Below are positions 1 to 13,000 of a stretch of 64,000 nucleotides of DNA, piece by piece. Location of the stretch: assembly GCA_044892525.1 (NCBI GenBank), contig CM097885.1, positions 34,844,001 to 34,908,000 of the forward strand, given 5' to 3'. A program made the translations under genes and the position numbers. How positions within the stretch are numbered: position 1 is the first letter of the stretch; every line of letters starts with the position of its first letter. Below the pieces are notes generated by a model. It did no database searches. It saw only the letters and a program-made list of their open reading frames with translations, and was not told the DNA's origin. This DNA is from Schmidtea polychroa (taxonomy: Eukaryota).

Positions 1-2
1 AA

Positions 3-155
3 ACTAAAATAACTTGCAAAAATCACCAGCTATTCACCATAAAAATTGAAAAAACGGCACTTACCAAAGCAGATGATAAAAGGGTTTGGATGGGGAAAAA
101 TAAAAGTTAGGCATTTGGGCATTATATGGGAGATTTCTCATTTGTTGTTCAATAA
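3..155 (+). pseudogene. C-terminal fragment of a protein-primed DNA polymerase B (Polinton/Maverick/adintovirus type), cut by the window edge
   Basis: Frame +3 reads TKITCKNHQLFTIKIEKTALTKADDKRVWMGKNKS*AFGHYMG. This matches the typical pPolB C-terminus (H.I.T....K.AL...DDKR.......T.A.GHY). There is an in-frame TAG at 108-110. Confidence 0.7.
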
Positions 156-720
156 TTCGATCCGGGTCCATCATTCTTGCAATTCAAAGAATCAGCTGAA
201 GATATACCAGTTGCTATTTAAATAAATTTTTGTTAAAAAATTTGTTTTTATTGATTTTCTTTAGAATTAAATGTATAATATGTTTGACTAATATATTTTT
301 ATATTTTAAACATTTTTGTCTCAGTTTGCGTAAATTAGTAAAAAAGAGTAATAAGAATTACAGATAAGAAATAATAATTTAAATTTAAACTAAAATAAAT
401 AAAATTAAATAACAAAATAAAGAAATAAATAATTAATTAATTAAATAAAAATAGTAAAATAAAAGGAAATAATTAATGAAAACATTAGTTAACTTTTAAT
501 TAATTATTGATTAGTAAGGGGGCGCTACCAAAATCCGACAGGAAGCTCATATATACCTACTATAATCATCTAAATTTTTCATGAAATTGAAATTACTACA
601 CGAGTCACACATCTTCATAAATATATAATTTATATAATTTATAGTATTGTCAATTGCTTAATCTAGAAAATGGAGAAATTATTAGTTTAATAGGTTATTA
701 GTTTATTATTATTAGTTTAA

Positions 721-944
721 CCTCTTAAGTGGTTATGACGGATATATACGTCATCAACATTAGACGATATAAAAATATATCATAAATATTACTTTTGTGA
801 CCATATTATCTTAAAAAAATATCATCTAATAAGATATTATTTTATTTTTTGTAACACTGTCCAAGACGTATATATACGCTAGCGGGTAACAAAACTCGCC
901 GCCGATGAGCGCATTTCGTTTGACGAAATAAACCACTTAAGAGG
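721..944. mobile_element. piggyBac-like MITE (224 bp)
   Basis: Perfect 14-bp TIR CCTCTTAAGTGGTT / AACCACTTAAGAGG, flanked by TTAA at 717-720 and 945-948. Confidence 0.85.
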
Positions 945-1028
945 TTAATGAATCTTATTTCACTCAAATTTGCGGTAAATTGTGCTAAAATATACAAAGA
1001 ATACATAATCTATGAATTATTTATTTAG

Positions 1029-4000
1029 AATGTTTATATCAATGAGTGTTCAATGTGACCATAACCGTTATGGAGAAAAATGTGAAATTTTTTGCAAGCC
1101 TTCCAATTTGTATAAATGCTCACCTGAAGGCAAAAAACTTTGTAATGAAGGTAAATCTTCAAACTAATCTATTTAAATCTCTATTTTTTTTCCTTTCGAG
1201 AATTTTTTTTTGAATGTAGTTTTTCTTATTTATATATCAATAGATCAATAAATTTGTAACTATAACGACAAAATTTCGACAGCTAAATTTTCATATATTG
1301 TCACTTAATAACAAAAACATTTATTCTCGATTAATGGTAAAATTTTAACTTATGAGGTTTTAATTTTCACATTTATAGCAATGCAATTCGGCTAATTACA
1401 TGCGCTAAACATTTAATTTTTTATACTCAAATGACTATTGTTATCTTATTTTATTTTATTTATTTTCCGTTTTAAATATAAATTAAAATAGTGAATTAGT
1501 AATAATTTATTGTTTAATTGTATGATAAGTATTTCGTGGGTTGCACTCATTAAATCTGTGAACTTTGATTATTCTCGATACATCTATATAGGATTTATCA
1601 ATTATTATTGTAATCATGAATTTTAATAATTTTAATTATTCATTTGGAACATTATATACAACCTTTGGTCTATCAGCGCACTAGTTTCACGCACAATTTT
1701 AATAGCGTCTCTTGAATAAAAAAAAATTCTTTCTCAATTAATTAATTTACTGGTTATCTAAGGAAATTTTATAATATATGTTATAATACCTTATAATATA
1801 AGCAAAATTAATTCAATAAAACAAGCATACATACTTATTCTGACACAGTTAGCTTTCTCTAATCACTAAGATTTAAAAAATTTAAATTATAGAAATTTAT
1901 GTGTAGATATAAAAATAAAGTAGGTCACTGAAAACAAGCAAGCTCGCCATGTCACCACAACACACTTTCTATAATATAAAAATGTATTTTGAATCAAGAG
2001 ATTTTCAATTATTAGGTACATACACCTAATCCTCGATTTACACGGTAGATTGGTTCCACAAAAGTACTGTGTAAATCGAAACCTTGTAAAAAAATCGTGA
2101 AATTAAATACATATTTATATTGAAAAAGTAAAATAATATTACACATGTATTTTTAACATCTAAACAAAAAATTGCAAAAACCGATTGTTTATTCTGTGTC
2201 ATCTTCTTTTTGTAAATAACGCAACAGTCCTTTTTTGTTTTAAAATTGCACTTAATGAAACTTTTTCAAAACAAAATATTTTATATTTAAATACATATTA
2301 ACTTACTCAGATTGAAATTTCAAATTCAACGCCTATTGAGATTAAAATTTCTGTAGTTTTTTTGGATTTTTGAATTCTAAATTTGTGGGATATTTTTAAA
2401 CATGTTTAGCAAATATTTTTCTGACCGTGTTAAACTGAAAATTAATGTAATATAAATGTAATTTTTCCGCATTTCTGCAATCTTGCTAAACCGAAATCGT
2501 GTAAATCAAGGGTGTACATTCAAAAAATAAAATAAAAAAATTTTCAAAATGACGAAACATATATGCATATCAGATAATTAGATGTTAAAAGAAATTTAAA
2601 AAGAATACTCTTAAACATTTTGGAATTTAAATTTACTATTTTTTACAATTTTTCTCTGATTTTTCTTATACCGAAAAAATACTTAAAAATTGAACACCCA
2701 ACCCAACCCTTCATAGTATTAAAAATCCAAATAATTATTAAAATTTCGAAATTATATATCCTCAGTAATTGATCTAAATCTAGTACTTATAAAATAAATA
2801 CAAAATTATTATTTTTAATATTATTATTTTTATTATTACTATCAAAAATTATTATTATTATTATTATCAAAATTTAGACCTAATTAAGATTTAACAAATA
2901 ATGCAAGAATGGAAATTATTAAACTTAAATCTAAAATCTATTACCTAGCCATAATCAGCTACGTCGTTAATAAGTTCTAGTAAGCTCGTACGGATTTTTC
3001 ATTTTAAAAATCAATAAAAATTTGGAAAGCATACCGGTTCCAAAGAAAATTGAATCCCATCACTCGCCGTAACAATTAGAACCTAATGGTATCAAATATA
3101 AGCTGCATCTTTAATTCGTGTATGATGTCTATATAAAGAAAAAAAATAAATGTTGAAATATTTTCACATATATATAACAATTATTTAAACATGTGAGGTG
3201 TTTTCAGCTGAGAGTTAAATATTTCAAAAAATTATTAAGATAATTTTAAATGATAAATAATTGACTATTTAATTTTTCAGTTTTAAACTGAAATTTTTAA
3301 ATTTTTAAATTAAACAAGCTTTTTAACCGGGTCATTTTTAAATAAATATATTTTAAATATCGAAATTTTAATAAATGGTTTTTTGGAATATTTTATTCAA
3401 CGCGGAAAATTTGTTTGGAAATTATTTTAAAGTGGTACAAATGCCTACTTCAAGACAAGAAGTGATGATCGAATTACTGATAGATAAACAGATCAGAGAG
3501 ATATATACAGGAGTTGACCAAAATATCAAATGTTATAAGGAAAGATTGCGAAAGGCATTCGTCAATAAAACAAGTTTGGCAGAGGATTTCCAATCTGCTA
3601 CGTCTTATAGACAGACGAGTGAGGAGCCCGATAAATATTTTACTATCATAGACGAGTTAGTCGATAAAATATTTGCGCATGAGTTAAACAAGGAAAGTTT
3701 AACAGAATATCTGCTGGTACACTGTGCAGCCGAGAAGACTTTGAAACGAGAATTGTGTCTAAGTGACACCAAAGGAAAAACAGAAGTGAAGAAAAAAATC
3801 AAGAAGTTACACGAATCTCGTATAGTTGCAGAAGAGATCAATGCAGTGAGAGAAAGAATTCCAGAACAGAATATAACAAGAAATTACAGAGACGTGGTTA
3901 CAAATCAAGCAAGAAATATTGTATCTCCAAGATATAATAGCGAGCCGAGAGAGTATCGAGAAGAAAGACCGAACAGAACTAAGAACGAATGCTGGACATG

Positions 4001-7000
4001 TCACAAGGTAGGACATTTGAGTAGATATTGCATAACATTGAAGGCAGTTATATGTTTTACATGTGGAAGATAAGGACATGTAAGAAGTCAGTGTCCACAG
4101 ATGCAGAGAAAGGTAGTCGAATGTTATGCGTGTTGTACCCGGGGACACGTGAGAAGAGATTGTCAAAAAAATAAGGTGTACGAGGTGTAGCTTGGGAGGT
4201 CAAAAATAGGCAGATTGTTACACAAATTTGGAGAGAATGAGATATCGGAGAATCAATGAGAATTTTGGTAGACAACAAGAGCGATACGAAGCAGGGCATG
4301 GTTATGAAAGAATAGAAGATAAATACAGAGAATACCCAAGTATCAACGCCCGATAGAAGAGGAGATAGTCGGGGCAGTGTATTAAATAGCGATGCTGACC
4401 CCCAAATTATTAATTATTATAATAAAAGTAAAATATAATGTATTATAGAAAAAGATGTGAAAGATAGAGGTAACGGAAGAAGGTGAATAATGTAATAAGG
4501 AAAATAAACAGATTCATAAAAAAGGATTTTGCAGAAGTAGAAAGAGACAAAATACAAATACTGACATTAGATGAATGGAAAAATGATATTAATAGTTATG
4601 ATAAAATGCAAGACCGACCAAAAGTAACTATTATAATGCAAGACCAGAATATAGAATGCTTGCTTGATACAGGAGCTACAGTAAATGTCATGAGTTGGAG
4701 CAAATTTGAGAACCCTAAAGATGTAGAACTAACAACAACGACTGATACATTGAGATGTGCAAATAATAGTGTTTTAGAAACAAAAGGTAACGCAATATTA
4801 GAAATAGGAATAAATGGCAAGAAGAGGAGGGTAAAGTTTACGATAGTAAGATATATGACTCCAGCGGTAATTGGTGGTATAGAGTTGCAAAAACAATTTG
4901 GTATACAACTAAAGTTGCCAGTAGAAGAGGTCGAGAAAACGAAGCAAGAACACATGTGCTGTATCGAAGGCAAATTTGGAAAGAAACTCAAGGAAAACCG
5001 ATAAATATTAAACCTTGGAGACAACTAGTCAATTTGGAAGGTAAAATAGATGAAGCGATAAACAACTTATGGGAAAACAATATTATCAAAAAGTGTAATT
5101 CGCCATGGAACACCACATTAATATGCGTCTGGAAGAAAGAAAAGAAAAATATCAGATTATGTCTTGATTTCAGGCAATTAAACCTAGTAACAGTGAGACA
5201 GGCGTTCCCTATGCCGAATATAGCAAAGATGTTAGATAAATTGGGTGGAGCAAAGTATTTCAGTTCGATAGATCTTGGAAATGCATAATATCAAGTAGAA
5301 CTAGAAGACGAATCAAAGTTAAAAACGGCGTTTTCAACCAAATCAGGTCAATACTGTTTTAACAGAATGTCATTTGGAATAGCAGTGGCACCAGGTACGT
5401 TTCAGGAACTGATGGGAAAAGTATTAATGGGTACGAGATATGCAGCAGTATACCTAAACGATATTTTGATATTTACAGAAACGATCAATCACCACTACGA
5501 AGTTTTAAATGAAGTTCTGGATAAAATTTGAAAGGCTGGTCTTAGGATAAACCCTGAAAAGTATCATGGCCTTAAAGAGGAAGTCAAATATTTAGGTCAC
5601 ATAATCAACAAAGGTGGAATACAAACGGACCCGTCAAAGCTAGACGCTATTAAATCATTTGAAAAGCCAAAATGTGTTAAGAATCTGAGAAACTTCCTAG
5701 GAATATGCAATTGCTACAGAAGATTTATAAAGGAATACACGAAAAAGCAAAGAGTTTTAGAAGAGCTATGCGGGTTAAACAAACAAATAATTTGGATTGA
5801 CGAATTCAACATCGCATTCGAAAATATGAAAAATGCTTTAGTGTCCTCACCTATTCTAGGGTTTCCAGATTTCGAATGAGAATTCATTCTGGATACTGAT
5901 GCGAATTTTGACACGATTGGAGCAGTATTATCACAGAAAGACGACAACGGGTGCGAAAAGGTTATAGCATACGGTTCTCATGCAATGAGCATTTATGAAA
6001 AGGGATATTGCATAACAAGGAAAGAGTTGCTGGCAATCTATTATATTTGTCAACATTTCAATAATTGTTTATATTTATTTTGAGAACGGACCATAAAGCT
6101 ATCACGTCCATGTTATCCACAAAGAAACCAATAACAACCCAATTCCAGACATGGATTAACTACCTCAGTAGACTGGATATTAAAATAGAGTATAGAAAAG
6201 CTACTCATCATGCAAATGCAGATATGTTGTCAAGGAGTGCATGTGGAACATGCACACAATGTTTATTGGCACACGAAGACGCGAAAGTGGAAAGAATGAA
6301 AACGCGAAGAATAAACACGATGGAAAAAGCTGAAGATAATAAGTGGCAAAAAGATAATACAGAAATGGAACAAATAATAAAAGAAATAGCACAGGGTTCA
6401 AGTAGGAAATTTATACTGGTAGACAACGTGGTGAAAACTCTAGAGGGTAAAATATGGATACCTAGAGAAAAAAGACAAGAAATGATAAAGAGTATGCATA
6501 TTTTGCTATCACACAAAGGAGCAGAAAAGGTGACAAAATATGTAGCGGACAATTACGATATGGGAGACATAAAAGAATTGGACAATGTGAGGCATGTCAA
6601 AGAACAAAAGTTGTGACAACAAAGATGAAGGAAGAGACAATAAAACTGACACAGAGGAGCTGTGGGAAAAAGTGTACATTGATATATGTGGCCCATTACA
6701 GGAAACATTCAGAAAGAAAATATATATAGTCGCAATGATTGATCAATTTAGCAGATATATCTCTTTGACTGCTGTCGCTAGACAGGATGAGGAAACGGTG
6801 AAGGAAACAATACTACAAAAATGGATTCTTAGATTTGGAGCACCAAAGGAAATTCACACAGATTGTGGAAAAGTATTTGAATCTAAGACGACGAAAAAGT
6901 TTACAAAATCAATGGGAATTACACTATTCTTTTCAAGTCCATACCTTCATAATACAAATGGTATGATAGAACGTCAATTCAGGACAATAAGAGACTATAT

Positions 7001-10000
7001 AAATGCATCATTAAAAGAAAAAAGTAGAACAGATTGGGCAGAGATTATACCAGAGATTGAATTTACCATGAATGCAACATTTTAGAAATCAATTGGACGA
7101 AGTCCCGCAGAAGTAATATTTGGAAGAAAATTGCCGAGAGCAATTTCATAGTAAAGTGACGATGTCACAAAAAGAAGATACAAGAGAAACAACGCAGACA
7201 AAGAGATCATTCAATATTGGAGATGAGGTTCTGGTAAAAGTAGAATCAATAACGAAATATAAGGAAAGATACAGAATAAAGCAGAAGATCCATGATTGGC
7301 GATATCTGCTACAAGACCAAAGTGGGAAAATGCTTCAAAAAAATGTTGAAAAGATGAAGCGGAGAGTTAAATATTTCACAAAATTATTAAAATAATTTTA
7401 AATGATAAATAAATGACTATTTAATATAACTTTTAAATAATTTTTAAACTGAAATTTTTAAATTTTTAAATTAAACAAGGTTTTTAACCGGATCATTTTT
7501 AAATAAATATATTTTAAATATCGAAATTTTAATAAATGGTTTTTTGGAATATTTTATTCAAACTGGAAATTTGTTTGGAAATTATACAATATTTCATTTT
7601 TAAATAAAAACTTGGAATTATGTCGTTAACTTTTGAACCGGATTTAAAAAATAATTTAGAAGATGTGTTTGCAGTTTCTAATAATACACAAAATCTTATT
7701 GTCATAGAGATAAATTATCCTATACATGAAATATTATTGTTACAATAGATGTAGAATGATAATTGTCAAACATTTATTGCCAATAATATAATTCATAAAA
7801 TTGTGTTCAAAATCACATATTTCGTATAAATGTCATATTGATTATTACGAATTACAATCAATGGATAGTGGGCAAAATGGTACGGAGAAAATGTTTGAGG
7901 ATGAAACGGTATGGACAAAATGGTATAGATTAAAGTCTATTTAAATAGAGTAATAAGTTTATTTTTTAAATGTAGTTAGTTAATTATTATTGTGAAATCA
8001 ATATTCGAGAGTTATCGATAAACTGCCTCGCAACAACAATGAAATCGAGAATTGGCACAACGCGTTCAACAATGTTCTTGGTTTTGCTCATCCGTCCGTA
8101 ACAAAATTAGCTCGAAAACTACTACAGAAGAAACATTCCACTTAACCTCATCGTCGTCTACTTGAGCTAGTTTCAGCAACTAGAAAGAAAAAGAAAGAAT
8201 ACGTTCGCATAAGTGAAGCACGACAGACTATTTTAATGGATTATAACAACCTAGATCCGGTTACATATTTGGAAGATATTGCGCGCGTGCTCAATATAAA
8301 TGTTGCCTGACAGAAACTTTATTGCAAAAGTGTATAAACATAAACAAAACACTGTAAGGTCTGTAGTGAGCCTATAATGACCAGGCTTCAAAGGATCTTG
8401 TCCGTTTAGTTTGTGTCGCCAGGATGTTATAAAACTATGACCTTGGGCAGAAGTTCGTTGATTAAACTCTGATAAACTCTGATTAAACTGAGAATCATCA
8501 TAGTTTTATAACATCCTGGCAACACAAACTAAACGGACAAGATCCTTTGAAGCCTGGTATTAGTATTAGATCTATAGTATTAGATGTTTGGCATTAAATT
8601 TTATATAACTCTTATTCTTTATAATTTATATATTTTTATTTGAATAGTCAAGATTTTTCTATTGTTTTTTATTATCATTAACAGAAAGACCGAAAGAGGC
8701 AGACAATTATGCTAAATAAAGGTAATTTACTTTTCTAATCATTAATCTATTCCTTCAAGATTAATGCTATTTGTGCTAGGGTAATAATTAACTAACTACA
8801 TTTAAAAAATAAAGTTATTACTCTATTTAAATAGACTTAAATTTATACCATTTTGTACATTTTACAATTTTGTCCGCTACCATTTTGTCCTAGAACCCAA
8901 TAAATGTTATATTGATTATATCCTAATTTTTTGCTTCTTCCTTTATGTAAGTTTACCTTCCAAAGCTTCTATTATTTTTCAATATCTAATAGTCCTAAAA
9001 CTTGATAAAAGATGTGCAAAAGATTTGTGGTTATCCTTAAAAATTTATTGATATTTTTGAACATTTAAAATATTTCCGAGGATGAATTCAATAAATTGTA
9101 AAATAAATCTTAGTACCTTTTGCATATCGTATTTGAATTTTTATAGATATTAATTTAATAAATAAAATTGCAAATATTAAGGATGGAGAGGTGATCAATG
9201 TAATCAGCAAGATTTATGTTTATATCAATCGTGTGTACCTGGTGGGAAATGTATGGAAATAGATGGAAAAGCCCAATGTATGTGCAATGGAGGGACTGGT
9301 AATTCGAATACATTCTAAATTTATGAACAATTATCTATTGTTAGGACCGCATTGCTTTCCAAATTATAATCCATGCAAATCAAATCCTTGTAAAAATGAA
9401 GGCCGCTGTATACCAAATAAAACTGGAGAAGTCGGTATTCGGTGCCACTGTAATCCGAACTTTTACGGTACCTTGTGTGAGCAAAGTCTTTGTGAAATAG
9501 TACCTTGCCATAATAACGCCACATGTGAATATGATAAGGATTTCAACAGAAAGTGCATTTGTTTACCAGGTTTTACTGGCATACTCTGTGATCAAGAACC
9601 AATTAAGCCTGTTAAAACCACACCAGATACTGCACCCAATCGTGGAAATTCTAGTTATGGAGCTTTTGCGGATAAAAATGTAATTTTGATTTTAATTTAT
9701 CTTTGAAAATATATTTTATATAAATAAATTATAAAACATGAGTTTTTAAATAATAAAAGAATTTCTTAATTCCAAAATGTAAATTAACATTTTTACTAAA
9801 ATAACATGAATTTGAATAATTATTTATTTTTGAAATAGTTTCCATCAAATTTTTAACAAATTTTATTTATTATACGTAAGAAAGAGCATAATTTAAATTA
9901 AATTTAAATTAATTTTAGTGGTTAAAATATAAAAAAATTATTTAAATATAATAAAACTGTTTGTGATGAAAAGGTTATATTTACAGATGGAATACTTGTA

Positions 10001-13000
10001 AGTTTCCTTCATTGATTGTTGAATTCCCGGGTTCTCAGATTATGTCATAGTTTAGTATTTTAGAACGCATATGACACACATTTATACCTAGGCTGTGCAC
10101 AATAATATTGTTAAAATATTGCAATATATTTTTATTACAATACAATATATTGCAATATATTTTTATTTCAATACAATATATTGCAATATATTTTTATTAC
10201 AATACAATATATTGCAATATATTTTTATTTCAATACAATATATTGCAATATATTTTTATTTCAATACAATATAATATAATATATTTTTTTCAATACTATG
10301 TTAATATGTAATTTATATTATTTATTATTTTCTTATTTTTTTAATATAATATATAGAAATATTTGTAAATAATTTGAATTTAAAGTTGATCAATACAGTA
10401 AAACACAATTTAAAAATAAAATGAAAAGATTGATTTTAACTTTATTAATATACAATTTATAATGTTTTTATTTTATTAAACTTTCAATAAAACAATAATT
10501 GAGATGGAAACTTTTTGTGTTCAATTTCTTTTAATAAATAAATATTTATTGTATATAATTATTTATTTTAAATGAATTAATATGGCTTCATTGTTCTATT
10601 AGTTCTATTAATTTAATACTTTCAAATGCAATTTAACTTATAAAAGAATTATCATTAGACTATAATATAACATAATAGTAATCAATACAATATATTGTTA
10701 TTGTAACGCAATACAATACAAAAGATTGTTATTGTGACCCAATACAATACAATATATTGTTATTGTGGTCTAATACAATACAATATATTGTTATTGTGGT
10801 CTAATACAATACAATATATTGTTATTGTAGCCCAATACAATACAATATATTGTTATTGTGGTCTAATACAATACAATATATTGTTATTATAGCCCCATAC
10901 AATACAATATATTGTTATTGCTCAGACAAGCAATATATTGTATTGTTAACAATATATTGCAATATATTGTCAGTACAATATATTGTTGCGCAGCCTTGAT
11001 TTATACTATCTATTCCCCGATTTATATGGCACTTTTGTAACAATTTTTAAAATAAATTTAAAAATACTGGTAAAAACATCATGTGTTTTTCTATTCGGAT
11101 TTTTGTAATATTCATATTTTCTTGTTAGTGATAATCAATTACTTTAATTATTTAATTTAGTAGCATACCTTCTGTAGTATTTATTAATTTTAATAACATA
11201 GAAGCTTACTGTCGCATAACTTTTGTAATTCTTTTGAATGTTTTATATAATTAGCCACGAACTTTCTGTAATAATTTGTCAATCCTAGAAAACTCTTGAG
11301 TTTTTTCACACAATTAAGTCTTTCACAATATTTTAAAACTTCAATTTTACTATCATCAGTTCTAATACAATCTGGATTAATAAAATGGCCTACAAATTTT
11401 ATTTCTTTTTTCATAAAATGACATTTATTTTCAACAAAATTCCTGAATTTTTTCTAAAACATTTTTTAGTGTAAATTTAAATAACGATTGCTTCCAGGTG
11501 GCATCCTATTAAAACAATACGAATCACTTTCATTTCTTCGATTCGTCTTCCAATTTGGCTTGATAGTATGCATTGCCTAAGGTAAGAGTCGTAAAATACT
11601 TCGAGTCATTAAGAATGTCAATAATTGCATCTGTATTAAGGATTGGAAATATTGGTCTTTCTGTTAGATTGTTCAATGCCCTAAAATCTAAGCATATTCG
11701 CATTTCTTCTTTATTTTTATTTTAAGCGCAAACTAAACTTGAATTTCAGAGAAATCCACATCCTCTAAATATGCTATTTTTCTCCTTTTCCTTAATATTC
11801 TCTTCGATTTTTTAAAATAAATGCATCGGCTGTCGCCTTCCTGTTGTAGTTTCAGATTGCGAGGAGTCAGTAGTATTAGTATCATTGGTAGATGTTTTGG
11901 CTTGCCTGATTTTAAAATTAAAATCGCTAAGGAAAAGTTGGTGGCTACGCTTCATTTCCTAAAATTATTATTTTATTTTTATTAGTATAATAATAAAACA
12001 ATAATTTCAGAAATTGAGCATCAATAATCCTTGTGCCAAGCATTATTGATGCTCAATTCCTGAAATTACTCCATATACAATCATAATAATGGCTCCATCT
12101 GTTGTTGAGCATACGATATCTGTGGCGAGGTTCAATCCGAATTTCATCAAATGATTATTGACCATGATTTTTGTTTTTCCACTGTTCAATGAGCCATACA
12201 TAAGTTTGATTTGAATCACTATGCACATTGATGTTCATATGTATTTTGTTGGTTGAGGCTGTGTATTCATCGAGTTTGACGTAAAAGCGCTAATTCTTAA
12301 ATAAAACGTTTTTAAAAGATATTTTACATATTTACTATTTTAAACAAAAACTCGAGTTGTTTTCACTCCGAGTCCAATCCCTAATACTTATTTAAAATTT
12401 CCTATTCTTCTAAATAAGTCAAGACCTATAACGCTAACAAGTATCTAATAAACATTGGGTTTTTAATTTTATTAATAAAATAATCTACACTTTAACTATA
12501 TAATAATTAAATATCTACTAATTTTTCATTATTACATAACACATATATATTCATTACAATTATTAAAATTATTATATATACCAGAGTTTCCCAAAGTGTG
12601 GGTCGCGACCCGAAACGCTGATATATTCTACTAATTTTATCAAACAAGCATTTTCAACATACAATGTAAAATTTAAATTATTACAATTATTAAAATTAAG
12701 CTCAGATTATACCATTTCATTCATATCATTGCATAAATTGCTCAAAATGCTACTCATGTCTAATTCAGCGGTCTAATCACTTATCCCTGTGTCCAGGCAT
12801 ACTCGTTCCAGTCTTGATCATCTGGTTCTCCTGAATACCAATCATCCGCCTTACCCACGTATCGATAATTTCTACATTGTTTCAGTTATTGGACATCATA
12901 TCATTGATGTTTAAAATGGTTTTTTTTACAGTGACCAAATTTTACACTAGGACTTTCAGTTCCTATATTAACATCTTATCAGCATACTCAACATTCCCGA

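Larger units (their letters stand above)
3192..7585 (+). mobile_element. Decayed compact Ty3/gypsy LTR retrotransposon in the Delta intron
   Basis: A ~215-bp AT-rich direct repeat (3210-3425 / 7362-7585; left copy starts TGTGAGG at 3192) flanks gag-PR-RT-RH-IN in gypsy order. There are many stops and frameshifts. PBS/PPT are deleted and no TSD was recovered. Confidence 0.9.

Noticed and set aside
10108-10311. ORF MLKYCNIFLLQYNILQY... and the regular arrays at 10120-10930 as a coding or CRISPR-like repeat
   Set aside because: Pure minisatellite with no unique spacers inside a eukaryotic non-autonomous transposon.
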